From assembly GCA_963836075.1 (NCBI GenBank), contig CAWIIB010000001.1:992001-1056000 (forward strand): a stretch of DNA of 64,000 nucleotides. The letters are read 5' to 3'. Below are positions 19,068-28,239 of the stretch, piece by piece. The notes under the pieces were generated by a model. That model ran no database searches and had not been told where the DNA came from. It saw only the letters and a program-made list of their open reading frames with translations. Position 1 is the first letter of the stretch. Each line of letters starts with the position of its first letter. The translations under genes and the position numbers were made by a program. The stretch comes from an uncultured Acidobacteriota bacterium (GTDB taxonomy: Bacteria > Acidobacteriota > JAQAZP01).

Positions 19068-19549
19068 TTATTACAAATACATAGAACCTGTTTCAACCTA
19101 ATGAAAAGAATGACGTGAGCGGATTTAACCGTCCCCGCAGGGCTGCGGCATTTCCACAAACTCAGGCAGCTTCTGAAGCTCACATCCAACTGACTGAAAA
19201 ATAACAGGTTTCACGCTTTTCACCGGAAACCGGTGTACGTGCACCGGGATAGTCCAAAAAAGTGATTATCTACAGTCTCCTATCCGACGAAGAGACGGAA
19301 TATAGGCGGCACAAAAGAATCCAGACCGGAACCGAGAACAGCATCCCCGGGGTGAAGCATATCCTGCACCCCGGGCCGACAGCGTGAAGGCAGGCGGTAC
19401 CACCGCCCGGTCATCACCCGCCGGCGACGGCATCAGGCTCCTCGCAACGAGGGTCCGACCCCGGCGGAAAACAAGTCAGCCTCGCGTGAGGGTTCCACTG
19501 CCGGCGGCAGGGTGCAGGGGATGACGAATTGAGGGAGGGGGCACTGATC

Positions 19550-19897
19550 ATGAAACAGAACGAAGTAGCGGCCAACAGGAAGCTGATCCGGCCGAATCTG
19601 GCCGAGTTAAAAGACTCGGTCACCACGATGAACCGGGTCAAGCGGCGCAAACAGGTGCCGCCGGAGCAGACGAACGCGGAAAACTACTACTACATCAAGC
19701 AGATGACCGGAAAAACTCCGATGGTGGTAGTGCTGGAAGACGGGGAGACGCTGCACGGCAGCATCGAGTGGTACGACAAGAACTGTATCAAGCTGAACCG
19801 TGATGACGAACCGAACCTGATGATCATGAAGCGCCACATCAAGTATATGTTCAAGAACGAAGAAGTGGAGAAGGAGGTTGAGCCGATCCACGGATGA
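19550..19897 (+). CDS. hfq: Hfq/LSm-like RNA chaperone with N-terminal extension
   Basis: ENYYYIKQ..KTPMVVVLEDGETLHGSIEWYDKNCIKL (Sm1) and NLMIMKRHIKYM (Sm2, YKHAI-like); GGAGG RBS. Confidence 0.8.
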   Translation: MKQNEVAANRKLIRPNLAELKDSVTTMNRVKRRKQVPPEQTNAENYYYIKQMTGKTPMVVVLEDGETLHGSIEWYDKNCIKLNRDDEPNLMIMKRHIKYMFKNEEVEKEVEPIHG

Positions 19898-19984
19898 TCG
19901 GGGCTCCCGAGCTGAACGCATCACAGGCCCGCACACCCCAGATATCCCCGACAGTCCGAGGCCTGCTCCCGCTCCCCCACTCCC

Positions 19985-21070
19985 TCACGCCGGTCTTGTA
20001 TCCGTCATATCCGTTCCGCAGATTCCCGAGAGACTGATCAGCATCATTTCGCAGACCAGGCGGCGGTTCAGGTTGCGCTCCAACCCTTTCTTCACGGCCG
20101 CAGCCAGCTGGTAGGCCCGGCCCGGATCCACCGGGTCCAGATCCCCGGCCAGTTCCCGCAGTTCATCCACCAGGTCGGGACTGGAGAGCAGTTCCACCGC
20201 TGAGCCGGACTGCAGGAGGATCAGGTCCCGCAGCAATGACCCCAGAAGCTCCGGGATCTCCCGGCCCACCAATTCCCACTGTTTGGCCGAACCGGAGACG
20301 GCCGCGGCCATCTCCATCAGTGTCTGCCTGGGGCCCCACCCCGGCCGGGCAGCGGTCTGCACCATCTCCAGGGCCAGCGCCCGCTGCTCGCGCCAGGTTT
20401 CGAGGTCCAGATCCAGGGCTCTTCCCAGGCTGCCTCCGGATATGGAGGAGAGAAGCCGCGCTTCCACGGGGGGACGGTGAAAACGATCCCTCAGGATCTC
20501 CTCGAGACCGTCCCTGCTGAAACGGCGAAAACGGACCGACTGGCAGCGGGAGCGGATGGTGGACAGCAGGGCGTCGGGCTGGCTGGTCACCAGAATGATC
20601 AGGCAGGTGGGCGGCGGCTCTTCCAGTGTCTTGAGCAGTCCTTGCCGGGCATCAATCTGGATGCGCTCCGGGCGGTCGATGATGAAGGTATTGCCGATGG
20701 CCTCCTGGGGGCAGAGCCGGACCTGGTGGTTGAGCCAGCGGATGGTGCCCCAATCGGGGTTATGCTGATCCCCGATTTTAATGATCCCCGGGTCCTTCCC
20801 CTCGGGCTCGAGGAAGTAGAGATCCGGGTGGTGCTGCCGGTCCCGGGCCTCGTATTGCCGGGCCATGCGCGCACAGGAAGGGCAACTGCCGCCGCAGTCT
20901 CCCGCCCCCGCCAGGCGTTGGGGGCAGGCGCGATACATCGCGAGGCGCAGGGCCATCCGCCGCTTGCCCACCCCTTCGGGCCCGTGGAAGAGCAGGGCGT
21001 GGTGCAGCCGGTCCGCCTCCGCCGATCGAAGGAGGATCTGCTGGATATCCTCATTGCCCAAAATGTTCAT
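19985..21070 (-). CDS. holB: DNA polymerase III delta' subunit
   Basis: HHALLFHGPEGVGK, Zn module C..C.SC, HPDL, LLKTLEEPP, LLSTIRSRCQ. Confidence 0.9.
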   Translation of the reverse strand: MNILGNEDIQQILLRSAEADRLHHALLFHGPEGVGKRRMALRLAMYRACPQRLAGAGDCGGSCPSCARMARQYEARDRQHHPDLYFLEPEGKDPGIIKIGDQHNPDWGTIRWLNHQVRLCPQEAIGNTFIIDRPERIQIDARQGLLKTLEEPPPTCLIILVTSQPDALLSTIRSRCQSVRFRRFSRDGLEEILRDRFHRPPVEARLLSSISGGSLGRALDLDLETWREQRALALEMVQTAARPGWGPRQTLMEMAAAVSGSAKQWELVGREIPELLGSLLRDLILLQSGSAVELLSSPDLVDELRELAGDLDPVDPGRAYQLAAAVKKGLERNLNRRLVCEMMLISLSGICGTDMTDTRPA

Positions 21071-21081
21071 GGTGCGTCCGA

Positions 21082-21783
21082 CTAGCGGCCGAAGGTAAAC
21101 CCGATTCCGAGGTTCATTGCATACTGGTCAAAAAGATGGGCCTCCGCCATGAGGTAGACCCGCTCGCTGATCCCGTAGTCCACACCGGCCACGAAGCCGA
21201 AGGGATCGTCGGAGTCCATCCCCGGCACCTTGCGGTCCCCGGAGAGATCGACGCCGGAAAGCCGGAGCCCGCCGTAGAGCAGGAAGTCCTTGACCCCCTT
21301 GGTGGCGATCACCGAAGCGCCGTAGGCATTGGCGTCCAGGTCGGTTGCCCCCTCACTGCTCTGCAACCGGTCGAAGGACGCGGAGAAGACGATGTTAATC
21401 GAGGGATCGCTCTTCGCGCGAAACAGCGTGAACATCAACCCGGCGCCAAAAACGGGTTCCAGGGACCCGTTGAACCCCTGGCGGTCCAGCCGGAGGTCGG
21501 ACATCCCCAGGCGCCCGAACACCGCAATCCGGGAGGTGATGCCGTAGGTCCCCTTGAGCGCCATGAAGTAGGAACTGAGGTCGTCCTTCTGTCCCCCGTA
21601 CTCCATGTCCCGGTTGAGGTAGCCCAGCTCCAGGGAAAGCGTGAATCCCCGCGCCATGGGGTTGAGTACCGGGTTGCCGCTGCTGCCGGCAAAGGCACTC
21701 CCCGCCCCGGCGGCCAGCAGGGCCACGGCACATGCGGCCCGCAACGCCCAACCGGCAAGCCCCCGTCGCCAGATTCGATTCAT
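21082..21783 (-). CDS. Outer-membrane beta-barrel protein
   Basis: Signal peptide (AFA-G), alternating amphipathic strands, ends LGIGFTFGR. Confidence 0.75.
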   Translation of the reverse strand: MNRIWRRGLAGWALRAACAVALLAAGAGSAFAGSSGNPVLNPMARGFTLSLELGYLNRDMEYGGQKDDLSSYFMALKGTYGITSRIAVFGRLGMSDLRLDRQGFNGSLEPVFGAGLMFTLFRAKSDPSINIVFSASFDRLQSSEGATDLDANAYGASVIATKGVKDFLLYGGLRLSGVDLSGDRKVPGMDSDDPFGFVAGVDYGISERVYLMAEAHLFDQYAMNLGIGFTFGR

Positions 21784-21821
21784 CGTCGCCTCCTCTTCCG
21801 TCATGCCCTGAACAGCGAGTC

Positions 21822-22811
21822 TCACCGGGGAACAGGAAAACGCGGCGGCCCCCCGGCCAGAACGGCGGCCATGTCGTCGATGGCCATCATCCCCATTTTC
21901 ACCCGGGTGGCCGTGCTGGCGCTGCCGATGTGCGGCAGCAGGACCACGTCGTCGCGGCCCAGCAGGCCGGGATGAATCGCCGGTTCATTCTCGAACACGT
22001 CGAGGCCGGCACCGGCCAGCCGGCCCTCTTCCAGCGCTTCCACCAGCGCCCCTTCGTCGATCACCGGCCCCCGGGAACTGTTCACCAGATAGGCCCCGGG
22101 TTTCATCGAAGCAAACGTCTCCCGGGAAAAGAGGTGCCTCGTCTCCCCGGTCAAGGGGAGGTGGATGGAAATCAGGTCGGAACTGACCAGCAGCTGGTGC
22201 AGCGGTACGCGCACCGCGCCGGTCCGCTCCTCCTCTTGCGGCGTCAGCGGCTCGCGGTCGGCATAGACCAGCCGCACCCCGAACCCGGCCAACCGCTTCG
22301 CCACCGCCCGGCCGATCCTCCCCATCCCCACCAGCCCCACCTGCATCCCCTGCAGGTCAGCCCCGAGAAGAAGAGTCGGGCCCCAGCAGGTGTAGCGTCC
22401 CTGGCGGGTGTAACGGTCCGCTTCCACCAGGCGGCGGGTCACGGCCAGGATCAGACCCACGGTCAACTCGGCAGTGGTATCGGTGAGCACTCCCGGGGTG
22501 TGTGTCACCTCGATTGCCCGCGAACGGGCATACCCGACGTCGATGTTGTCGTATCCCACCGCCACGTTGGCAACGCACCTGAGGCGGGGCGCTGCATCGA
22601 TCAGCTGCCGGTCGATCCTCTCGGTGAGCAGGGAGACGATCCCCTCGGCGTCAGCCACGCGGTCCAGCAGCGTCCCGCGGTCGGGGAGATCTTCGGGGGG
22701 AGCGGAGTCCAGCAGGTGAAACCGACGGGCAGCGGTTTCCATCACCGGTGCCGGCAGCAGACGCGTAACCAGCACCCGGGATTGATGGCCGGTCCCCGGC
22801 CCGCTGTTCAC
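21822..22811 (-). CDS. D-glycerate dehydrogenase / glyoxylate reductase (D-2-hydroxyacid dehydrogenase family)
   Basis: VAVGYDNID, GLVGMGRIG, VNSSRGPVIDE, GLDVFENEP, LPHIGSA. Confidence 0.92.
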   Translation of the reverse strand: MNSGPGTGHQSRVLVTRLLPAPVMETAARRFHLLDSAPPEDLPDRGTLLDRVADAEGIVSLLTERIDRQLIDAAPRLRCVANVAVGYDNIDVGYARSRAIEVTHTPGVLTDTTAELTVGLILAVTRRLVEADRYTRQGRYTCWGPTLLLGADLQGMQVGLVGMGRIGRAVAKRLAGFGVRLVYADREPLTPQEEERTGAVRVPLHQLLVSSDLISIHLPLTGETRHLFSRETFASMKPGAYLVNSSRGPVIDEGALVEALEEGRLAGAGLDVFENEPAIHPGLLGRDDVVLLPHIGSASTATRVKMGMMAIDDMAAVLAGGPPRFPVPR

Positions 22812-23104
22812 GGCCCGCCCTCAGCAGAAGCGCCATCCCGCTTCCCGCCGCGGCTGAATATGTCACGGCACTCGGCGGAGCAGAAAAAATGCTCGACGCT
22901 CCCGTCCACCAGGCTCGCCGACCCTTCGCGCGGGACAAAGGTGCCGCAGACCGGGTCGCGAACCATCTCTCCCTTGTGGATCACCTCCCGGTCACCGCCC
23001 CGCACCTCACCCCTCCCCCGCGATGGCAGGAAGATTCTTCGCACCGCACGGTACACCATCAACACCGCGAGAAAGATCAGCAGGAACCGGAAAAGCATCC
23101 CCAA
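22808..23104 (-). CDS. Small membrane protein with YHS/TRASH domain
   Basis: N-terminal TM helix; MVRDPVCGTFV...HFFCSAECRD. Confidence 0.85.
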   Translation of the reverse strand: MGMLFRFLLIFLAVLMVYRAVRRIFLPSRGRGEVRGGDREVIHKGEMVRDPVCGTFVPREGSASLVDGSVEHFFCSAECRDIFSRGGKRDGASAEGGP

Positions 23105-23117
23105 TTTGATTCACCCG

Positions 23118-24608
23118 TCAATAGGCCTTGTCAAAAATCACCCGGCAGGGAGAAGTCTTGCCGCAGACGATGCAGACCCCCTCGCCTTCCCCTTCCCGGC
23201 TGAGCGGTTCGAAGGGGATGCAGCGGATGCTGGCCTTGGTCTCGCTCTGGACCTTCTCCTCGCAGTCAGCCGATCCGCACCAGTGGGCATGGACGAAACC
23301 GCAGGTCTCCTCCATGATCCGCCGCAGTTCCTCGTAGTCGTCCACCAGGTGGGTGTTCTCCTCGCGGAAGGCCAGGGCCTTGCTGAAGATCCCCGCCTGG
23401 ATCTCTTCCAATAACAGGGGAACACGGGTCACCAGATCGCCGTCGGCAATGGGCTGTTTCTCGCCGCTGTCCCGCCGGGCGGCAAAGACCTGTCCCGCCT
23501 CGAGGTCCCGGGGCCCCAGTTCCAGCCGCAGTGGAACACCCTTCAGCTCCCAGTGACTGAACTTGTAGCCCGGCTTGTACTGCTCCCGGAGGTCCACCTC
23601 AACGCGGACTCCGGCATCGCGCAGCGCCTGGCCCAGGGCTTCGGCTTTATCCGCCACCCGGGCCCGCTCGTCGTCACCGCGCCAGATGGGCACGATGACC
23701 ACCTGGACCGGCGCCAGACGCGGCGGAAGCACCAGCCCGCTGTCATCACCGTGGGCCATCACCATCGCCCCGATCAGGCGGGTGCTCACGCCCCAGCTGG
23801 TCTGCCAGACGTGGGCCATCTTTCCTTCCCTGTCCTGGAATTTTACGTCAAAGGCCCTGGCAAAGTTCTGTCCCAGGTCGTGGGAGGTGCCGGCCTGCAG
23901 GGCCCGCCGGTCCTGCATCATCGCCTCCACACAGCAGGTGGACAGCGCCCCGGCGAACTTTTCCCTGTCGGACTTGGTACCCTTGATCACCGGCACCGCC
24001 ATGTAGTCCTCGGCAAACCGGGCGTAGACCTCGAGCATCTTCAGCACGTGGGCCCCGGACTCCTCGTGGGTCTCGTGGGCCGTGTGCCCCTCCTGCCAGA
24101 GGAACTCGGTGGTGCGCAGGAAGAGCCGGGTCCGCATTTCCCAACGGACGATGTTGGCCCACTGGTTGAGCTTCAGCGGCAGGTCGCGGTAGGACATGAT
24201 CCACTTGGAGAACATGGCGTACATGATGGTCTCGGAAGTGGGACGGACCACCAGCGGCTCTTCCAGCTTCTTGCCGCCGCCGTGGGTCACCACCGCGCAC
24301 TCGGGGGCAAAGCCCTCCACGTGCTCGGCTTCCTTCTGCAGAAAGCTCTCCGGGATGAAGAGGGGGAAGTAGGCATTGCGGTGACCGGTCTCGCGGAACA
24401 TGCGGTCCAGCACATCACGCATCTGCTCCCACAGGCCGTAGCCGTCGGGCCGGATCACCATGCAGCCCTTGATCGGCGAGTAGTCGGCCAGCTCGGACTG
24501 CAGCACCACGTCGGTATACCAGCGGGAGTAATCCTCCTCCCGCGGCGTGATCAGTTTGCTCTTTTTCCTGGCGGATCCACCCCCGCCCTGTCCCTTTGCT
24601 GCCGTCAT
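23118..24608 (-). CDS. proS: Proline--tRNA ligase (archaeal/eukaryal type)
   Basis: HVEGFAPE, RPTSET, FLRTTEFLWQEGHT, QAGTSH, SWGVSTR, C-terminal Zn domain ending FDKAY. Confidence 0.97.
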   Translation of the reverse strand: MTAAKGQGGGGSARKKSKLITPREEDYSRWYTDVVLQSELADYSPIKGCMVIRPDGYGLWEQMRDVLDRMFRETGHRNAYFPLFIPESFLQKEAEHVEGFAPECAVVTHGGGKKLEEPLVVRPTSETIMYAMFSKWIMSYRDLPLKLNQWANIVRWEMRTRLFLRTTEFLWQEGHTAHETHEESGAHVLKMLEVYARFAEDYMAVPVIKGTKSDREKFAGALSTCCVEAMMQDRRALQAGTSHDLGQNFARAFDVKFQDREGKMAHVWQTSWGVSTRLIGAMVMAHGDDSGLVLPPRLAPVQVVIVPIWRGDDERARVADKAEALGQALRDAGVRVEVDLREQYKPGYKFSHWELKGVPLRLELGPRDLEAGQVFAARRDSGEKQPIADGDLVTRVPLLLEEIQAGIFSKALAFREENTHLVDDYEELRRIMEETCGFVHAHWCGSADCEEKVQSETKASIRCIPFEPLSREGEGEGVCIVCGKTSPCRVIFDKAY

Positions 24609-24746
24609 CTGTCCACCCACCTCCTGACCGGAAATACGGTCGTCCAGCCCCGCCGCGGAGCCTCAATCCTGGTCACCGGGAAAGCGGCACACCGTACTAC
24701 GCGCCCGAGGCTCTCGTCAAGGAATCAGCAGCACTCACCACCGGCA

Positions 24747-24965
24747 CTAGACGCCGCTGCGGAGCCGTGCGTAGAAGGGTGTGAGACGAGGGGAACGGCC
24801 ACGGGGCCGGCCCCGGGACTGAGGGCCTGCCGGGTCCTCAGAGGTCATCACCACCGGCTCCGGGAACGGTAGCCGGGAAGTCTAGCCAGGAAACTCTTGC
24901 TTACTGTGGGAAACGGGAACAACCTTAGGCCCGGGATGCCAGGCGGCAACCCGGGCCGCTTTTTT
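24747..24965 (+). ncRNA. Candidate structured small RNA (6S-like rod or unknown)
   Basis: Long-range pairings CTAGAC/GTCTAG and CGGAGCCG/CGGCTCCG, internal hairpins, and a plus-strand terminator with no plus-strand CDS upstream. Confidence 0.45.
24928..24965 (+). terminator. Intrinsic terminator, plus polarity
   Basis: GGCCCGGGATGCC-AGGC-GGCAACCCGGGCC followed by GCTTTTTT. Confidence 0.75.
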
Positions 24966-24983
24966 GGGCGTGTGCCGGCAGGA

Positions 24984-25601
24984 TCAGAGCCCGGTCACGG
25001 AAGCGCTGCCGCCGAACCACTGGATGCCGTCCAGCGCGTTGAGGTCAGGATCGAGCAGCGAGTTGTTCTCGAACCCCATGGTGCTGTTGCCGTTGCCCGC
25101 GCCGTTGAAGGTCAGGGTCAGGGCCACGCCGGTGCCGCTCACCCCGCCCACATCGCCGAGGCGAGCCACCCCCACGATCAGCCGGCCGGCCGGGTTTTCG
25201 TCCACCAGCACGCTTATCGACTCCCCGTCCTGGTTGAAGAAAGTGCCCTCGGAAAACATCACATAGCTGAGCACGCTGGGATTGAAGGTCAGGTCGAAGG
25301 CCATGGAGGAGACGTTGTTCACCGACGTCAGCCGGATGTCAAGGTCGAGCCGGTTCCCCGTGGTGGCGTTGAGCTGCAGGCTCACCGTGTTGCTGCCCGG
25401 GTTGCCGTTGGCCGGGGTGAAGGTGATTTCGGGGTCCTGCGGCGGGGGCGGCGGCGGATCGGTGGGACTGCTGTCGCTGCTGCAGCCGGAAAGCCCGAAC
25501 AGGATCAGGGGCAGCAGAAGAGCGATAACCAGCCCCGGAAGCGCGAACCGGCCTGGAAAGCTTTTGCCAGCCCCGTTGCTGGCTGGTATCCTGACATGCA
25601 T
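24984..25601 (-). CDS. Lipoprotein with cohesin-like domain
   Basis: Lipobox LSG-C, poly-Pro linker, SSMAFDLTFNPSVL...EGTFF...GVSGTGVALTLTF cohesin-like pattern; GGAGGT RBS. Confidence 0.75.
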   Translation of the reverse strand: MHVRIPASNGAGKSFPGRFALPGLVIALLLPLILFGLSGCSSDSSPTDPPPPPPQDPEITFTPANGNPGSNTVSLQLNATTGNRLDLDIRLTSVNNVSSMAFDLTFNPSVLSYVMFSEGTFFNQDGESISVLVDENPAGRLIVGVARLGDVGGVSGTGVALTLTFNGAGNGNSTMGFENNSLLDPDLNALDGIQWFGGSASVTGL

Positions 25602-25808
25602 CTGAGAAACACCTCCGTGAACCCGGTCCGCTGGCTCCTCGGGAAACGAGGAGTGAACCCGGACCTGAAACAGGTTGATTTTCGCCGGACGGACGTACGC
25701 TACCATATCGTGTACGTGCCGTAAACCCTGCCGGCGGCCCTGGGCCGGCACGCTAAGTATACCCGATCCGGTACCGGGCCGCCCCACCGGCCATCTGGAG
25801 GATTTGTA

Positions 25809-28193
25809 ATGCCGCATCAAAAATCAGCCTCAGCAAACCTCGGCCCCCGGCACTGCAGCCTCCCGGTTCTTCTGCTGGCCGTGGCACTCCTGCTCCCGCT
25901 CTGCTGCCCGCCGGCGGTTGCCGATGCCACACACGGCAAGACGGCGCGCCGCCGCAACACCGACTGCCAGATGCTGCTCACCGAAAAACGGCTGCTGGGC
26001 TGGGACGTGTCAAAGCCGCGGGCGAAGATACAGCAGGCGAGAACCATCGGCCTCGCCGGAGATCTGTCCCGGGCACTGGGCCTGCTGGAAGAAGCGGAGC
26101 GGGAGCTCCGTTTCATCGACAGCTGGCAGGGCAACCCGAAAGTGATCAGGATCAGGGGGGAAGAACGGCGGCCCAGCGGCAGGGCTGAAGATGGAGCGGA
26201 CACCGGGCTCACCACCGGGCCCCTGGGTCTCGGTTTTGACACCGCCGGCCGCCTGACCCGGGTGACACTTGGCGGTGAGGATCGCCAGTCCCCGGTGAGC
26301 GGCGGTTTCTACATCATGGACGCGGCCACCGGAAAGGTCGCACCGTTCAGCGGCCGGGTCACCCAGACCGGCGGGGGGGTGGATCTGAGCGGAACGATCC
26401 CCGCGGTAAGCGCCAACCTGGAGGCCGGTATCAAGAAGAAGGAAGGGTGGCTGGAAGTGGAAGGGACGCTGAAGGACACCAGCGGCGCCGACCGGGCCAT
26501 GGTCCTCTGCTTCAAGATCCCCCTGCGCCGCGAGGGGCTCCTCTGGTGGGACGATCCTGAACAGGGGATGACCATTCAAAACAAGCCCGTCATTCGGCAG
26601 AATTCAGCCCAGGTGACCCTTGACGACAAGTCCACCCGTCTGGTGTCCATCTATCCCCTGGCCTGCGCCGGCGACCAGCGGGCCGGACTGGCGCTGGCAA
26701 CCGCCATCGACCACCCCACGGCCTTCCGGATCAACTACGATGGCCAGGACCAGAGCATCAACCTCTACTACGACTTCGGGCTGACCTCAAAAACGGCGAA
26801 GTTTCCCGGCGAGGCGCGTTTCCGCTTTGTGATCTACCCGCTGGCGGAGCCGGCCTGGGGGTTTCGCTCTGCCCTCCACACCTACTACCGGATCTTTCCC
26901 GATGCTTTTGCCGACACGGTGAAAGACCCCGGGCTCTGGGGGACCGTGGAAGCCGCCGCCTTGCTGGGCGAGGAATACAAGAAAATGGGCTTCGGCTTCC
27001 TCCAGGGGGAGAACGGGCCCCCGAAGTGGGGCAAGAAACTCGGCCTCTACTCCCTCCGCTATGGCCGGCCCTGGTCGTTCCTGATTCCCGGCGCCACCGG
27101 GACGGCGGAGGGTCAACTGGCCGCACTGACCGCCGATCCGGCGAGACTGAACCCCAATCCCTCACACCGCCTGATCTTCGGGCAGGTGAGCGCTCGGGAA
27201 ATGGTGACCGGCGCCGAACTGTCGGCAATCCACGACCGCGCTGGAAAGCCGGTGAGCGTCACCGACCGCTCCCTGGGCGGGGCAAAGATCATCCTCAACC
27301 CCGATCCGGAGATCGAGGGCGGGCGGGGAGGCAAGAATGCCGCCTGGCTGACTCTGGCCAAGGCCATCTCGCCGGCGGTGGATACCTACAAATCCGCGGG
27401 CCAGCACCGCTGGGGAGTGTTCCTCGACGTGGCCGGCGCCTCGTTGAAACACGAAAACTTCCGCCAGGACCACATGGCCTGGGCCGACTACCCGCTGACC
27501 TTTGACGAGCGTGAGAAACGTCCGGTGATCCTCGGTCTCTCCTCGGCCTGCGAGTATCTGGTCCACCTCCGGGACTGGGCCGGCCGCCGGGGCGGGATGG
27601 TGGCGGTCAACACCTCACCCCACCCCTACAACATGATCTTCCTCGCCCCGTTCTGCGACATGGCCGGGACCGAGCACCTGCCCGGGAGGCGCGAAATGTA
27701 CAACCGGCGGGCCCTGGCCGGCGGGAAGCCGATCGGCTTCCGCACGAAGGAAAGCTGGGATGCGCTGCTGAAAACCGGCCTCTTTTTCGGTTGCTATCCC
27801 TCGCGGAATCCGCCGGGCGCGGTGCGGTCCAGGCTGGATCATCTGGATGGGGTCCGTCCGCAGTTGACCCGCCTGGTGCCGCTGATCAAGGACCTGGACA
27901 ACGCCGGCTGGCAGCCGGTGACCCGGGCCCGCACCGGCCACCGGGACCTGCCGGTGGAGCGCTTCGGAGACTTCGGTGATGGACCGGTCTACCTGACGGT
28001 CTGGAACCGGACCCCGTCGGCCACGGAGGTGGCGCTGAACCTGGATGAGACGGCCAGCCGGTGGTGCGGAGACACTCCGCGGGCATCCGAACTGGCCGGG
28101 GGGCTGAAGGTAGCCACCGCTGCAGGCGTCATCCGGCTCCAGCTGGGCGCGGACCAGGTGGCCGTGATCAAACTGGAGGCCGGAGGTGAATAG
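25809..28193 (+). CDS. Secreted glycoside-hydrolase-like protein of unknown specificity
   Basis: Signal peptide (AVA-D); beta-sandwich region, then barrel-like motifs GVFLD and DMAGTE; C-terminal VERFGD..VYLTVWN. Confidence 0.55.
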   Translation: MPHQKSASANLGPRHCSLPVLLLAVALLLPLCCPPAVADATHGKTARRRNTDCQMLLTEKRLLGWDVSKPRAKIQQARTIGLAGDLSRALGLLEEAERELRFIDSWQGNPKVIRIRGEERRPSGRAEDGADTGLTTGPLGLGFDTAGRLTRVTLGGEDRQSPVSGGFYIMDAATGKVAPFSGRVTQTGGGVDLSGTIPAVSANLEAGIKKKEGWLEVEGTLKDTSGADRAMVLCFKIPLRREGLLWWDDPEQGMTIQNKPVIRQNSAQVTLDDKSTRLVSIYPLACAGDQRAGLALATAIDHPTAFRINYDGQDQSINLYYDFGLTSKTAKFPGEARFRFVIYPLAEPAWGFRSALHTYYRIFPDAFADTVKDPGLWGTVEAAALLGEEYKKMGFGFLQGENGPPKWGKKLGLYSLRYGRPWSFLIPGATGTAEGQLAALTADPARLNPNPSHRLIFGQVSAREMVTGAELSAIHDRAGKPVSVTDRSLGGAKIILNPDPEIEGGRGGKNAAWLTLAKAISPAVDTYKSAGQHRWGVFLDVAGASLKHENFRQDHMAWADYPLTFDEREKRPVILGLSSACEYLVHLRDWAGRRGGMVAVNTSPHPYNMIFLAPFCDMAGTEHLPGRREMYNRRALAGGKPIGFRTKESWDALLKTGLFFGCYPSRNPPGAVRSRLDHLDGVRPQLTRLVPLIKDLDNAGWQPVTRARTGHRDLPVERFGDFGDGPVYLTVWNRTPSATEVALNLDETASRWCGDTPRASELAGGLKVATAAGVIRLQLGADQVAVIKLEAGGE

Positions 28194-28239
28194 GTCCGCA
28201 TGAACTTGTGAGAGGTCTTCCCGCGCGTGAGGGGACAGG

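Noticed and set aside
19390-19412. T-box-like GGTGGTACCGC on the minus strand, upstream of the methyltransferase-glyQS unit
   Set aside because: It lies upstream of the predicted minus-strand promoter (18984-19012). I see no Stem I motifs or following terminator, and the sequence is explained by the local GGCGGT/ACCGCC hairpin.
24760-24805. GAGCCGTGCG resembling group II intron domain V
   Set aside because: The complementary 3' arm (..ACGGTTC) and domain VI are absent, and there is no RT gene.
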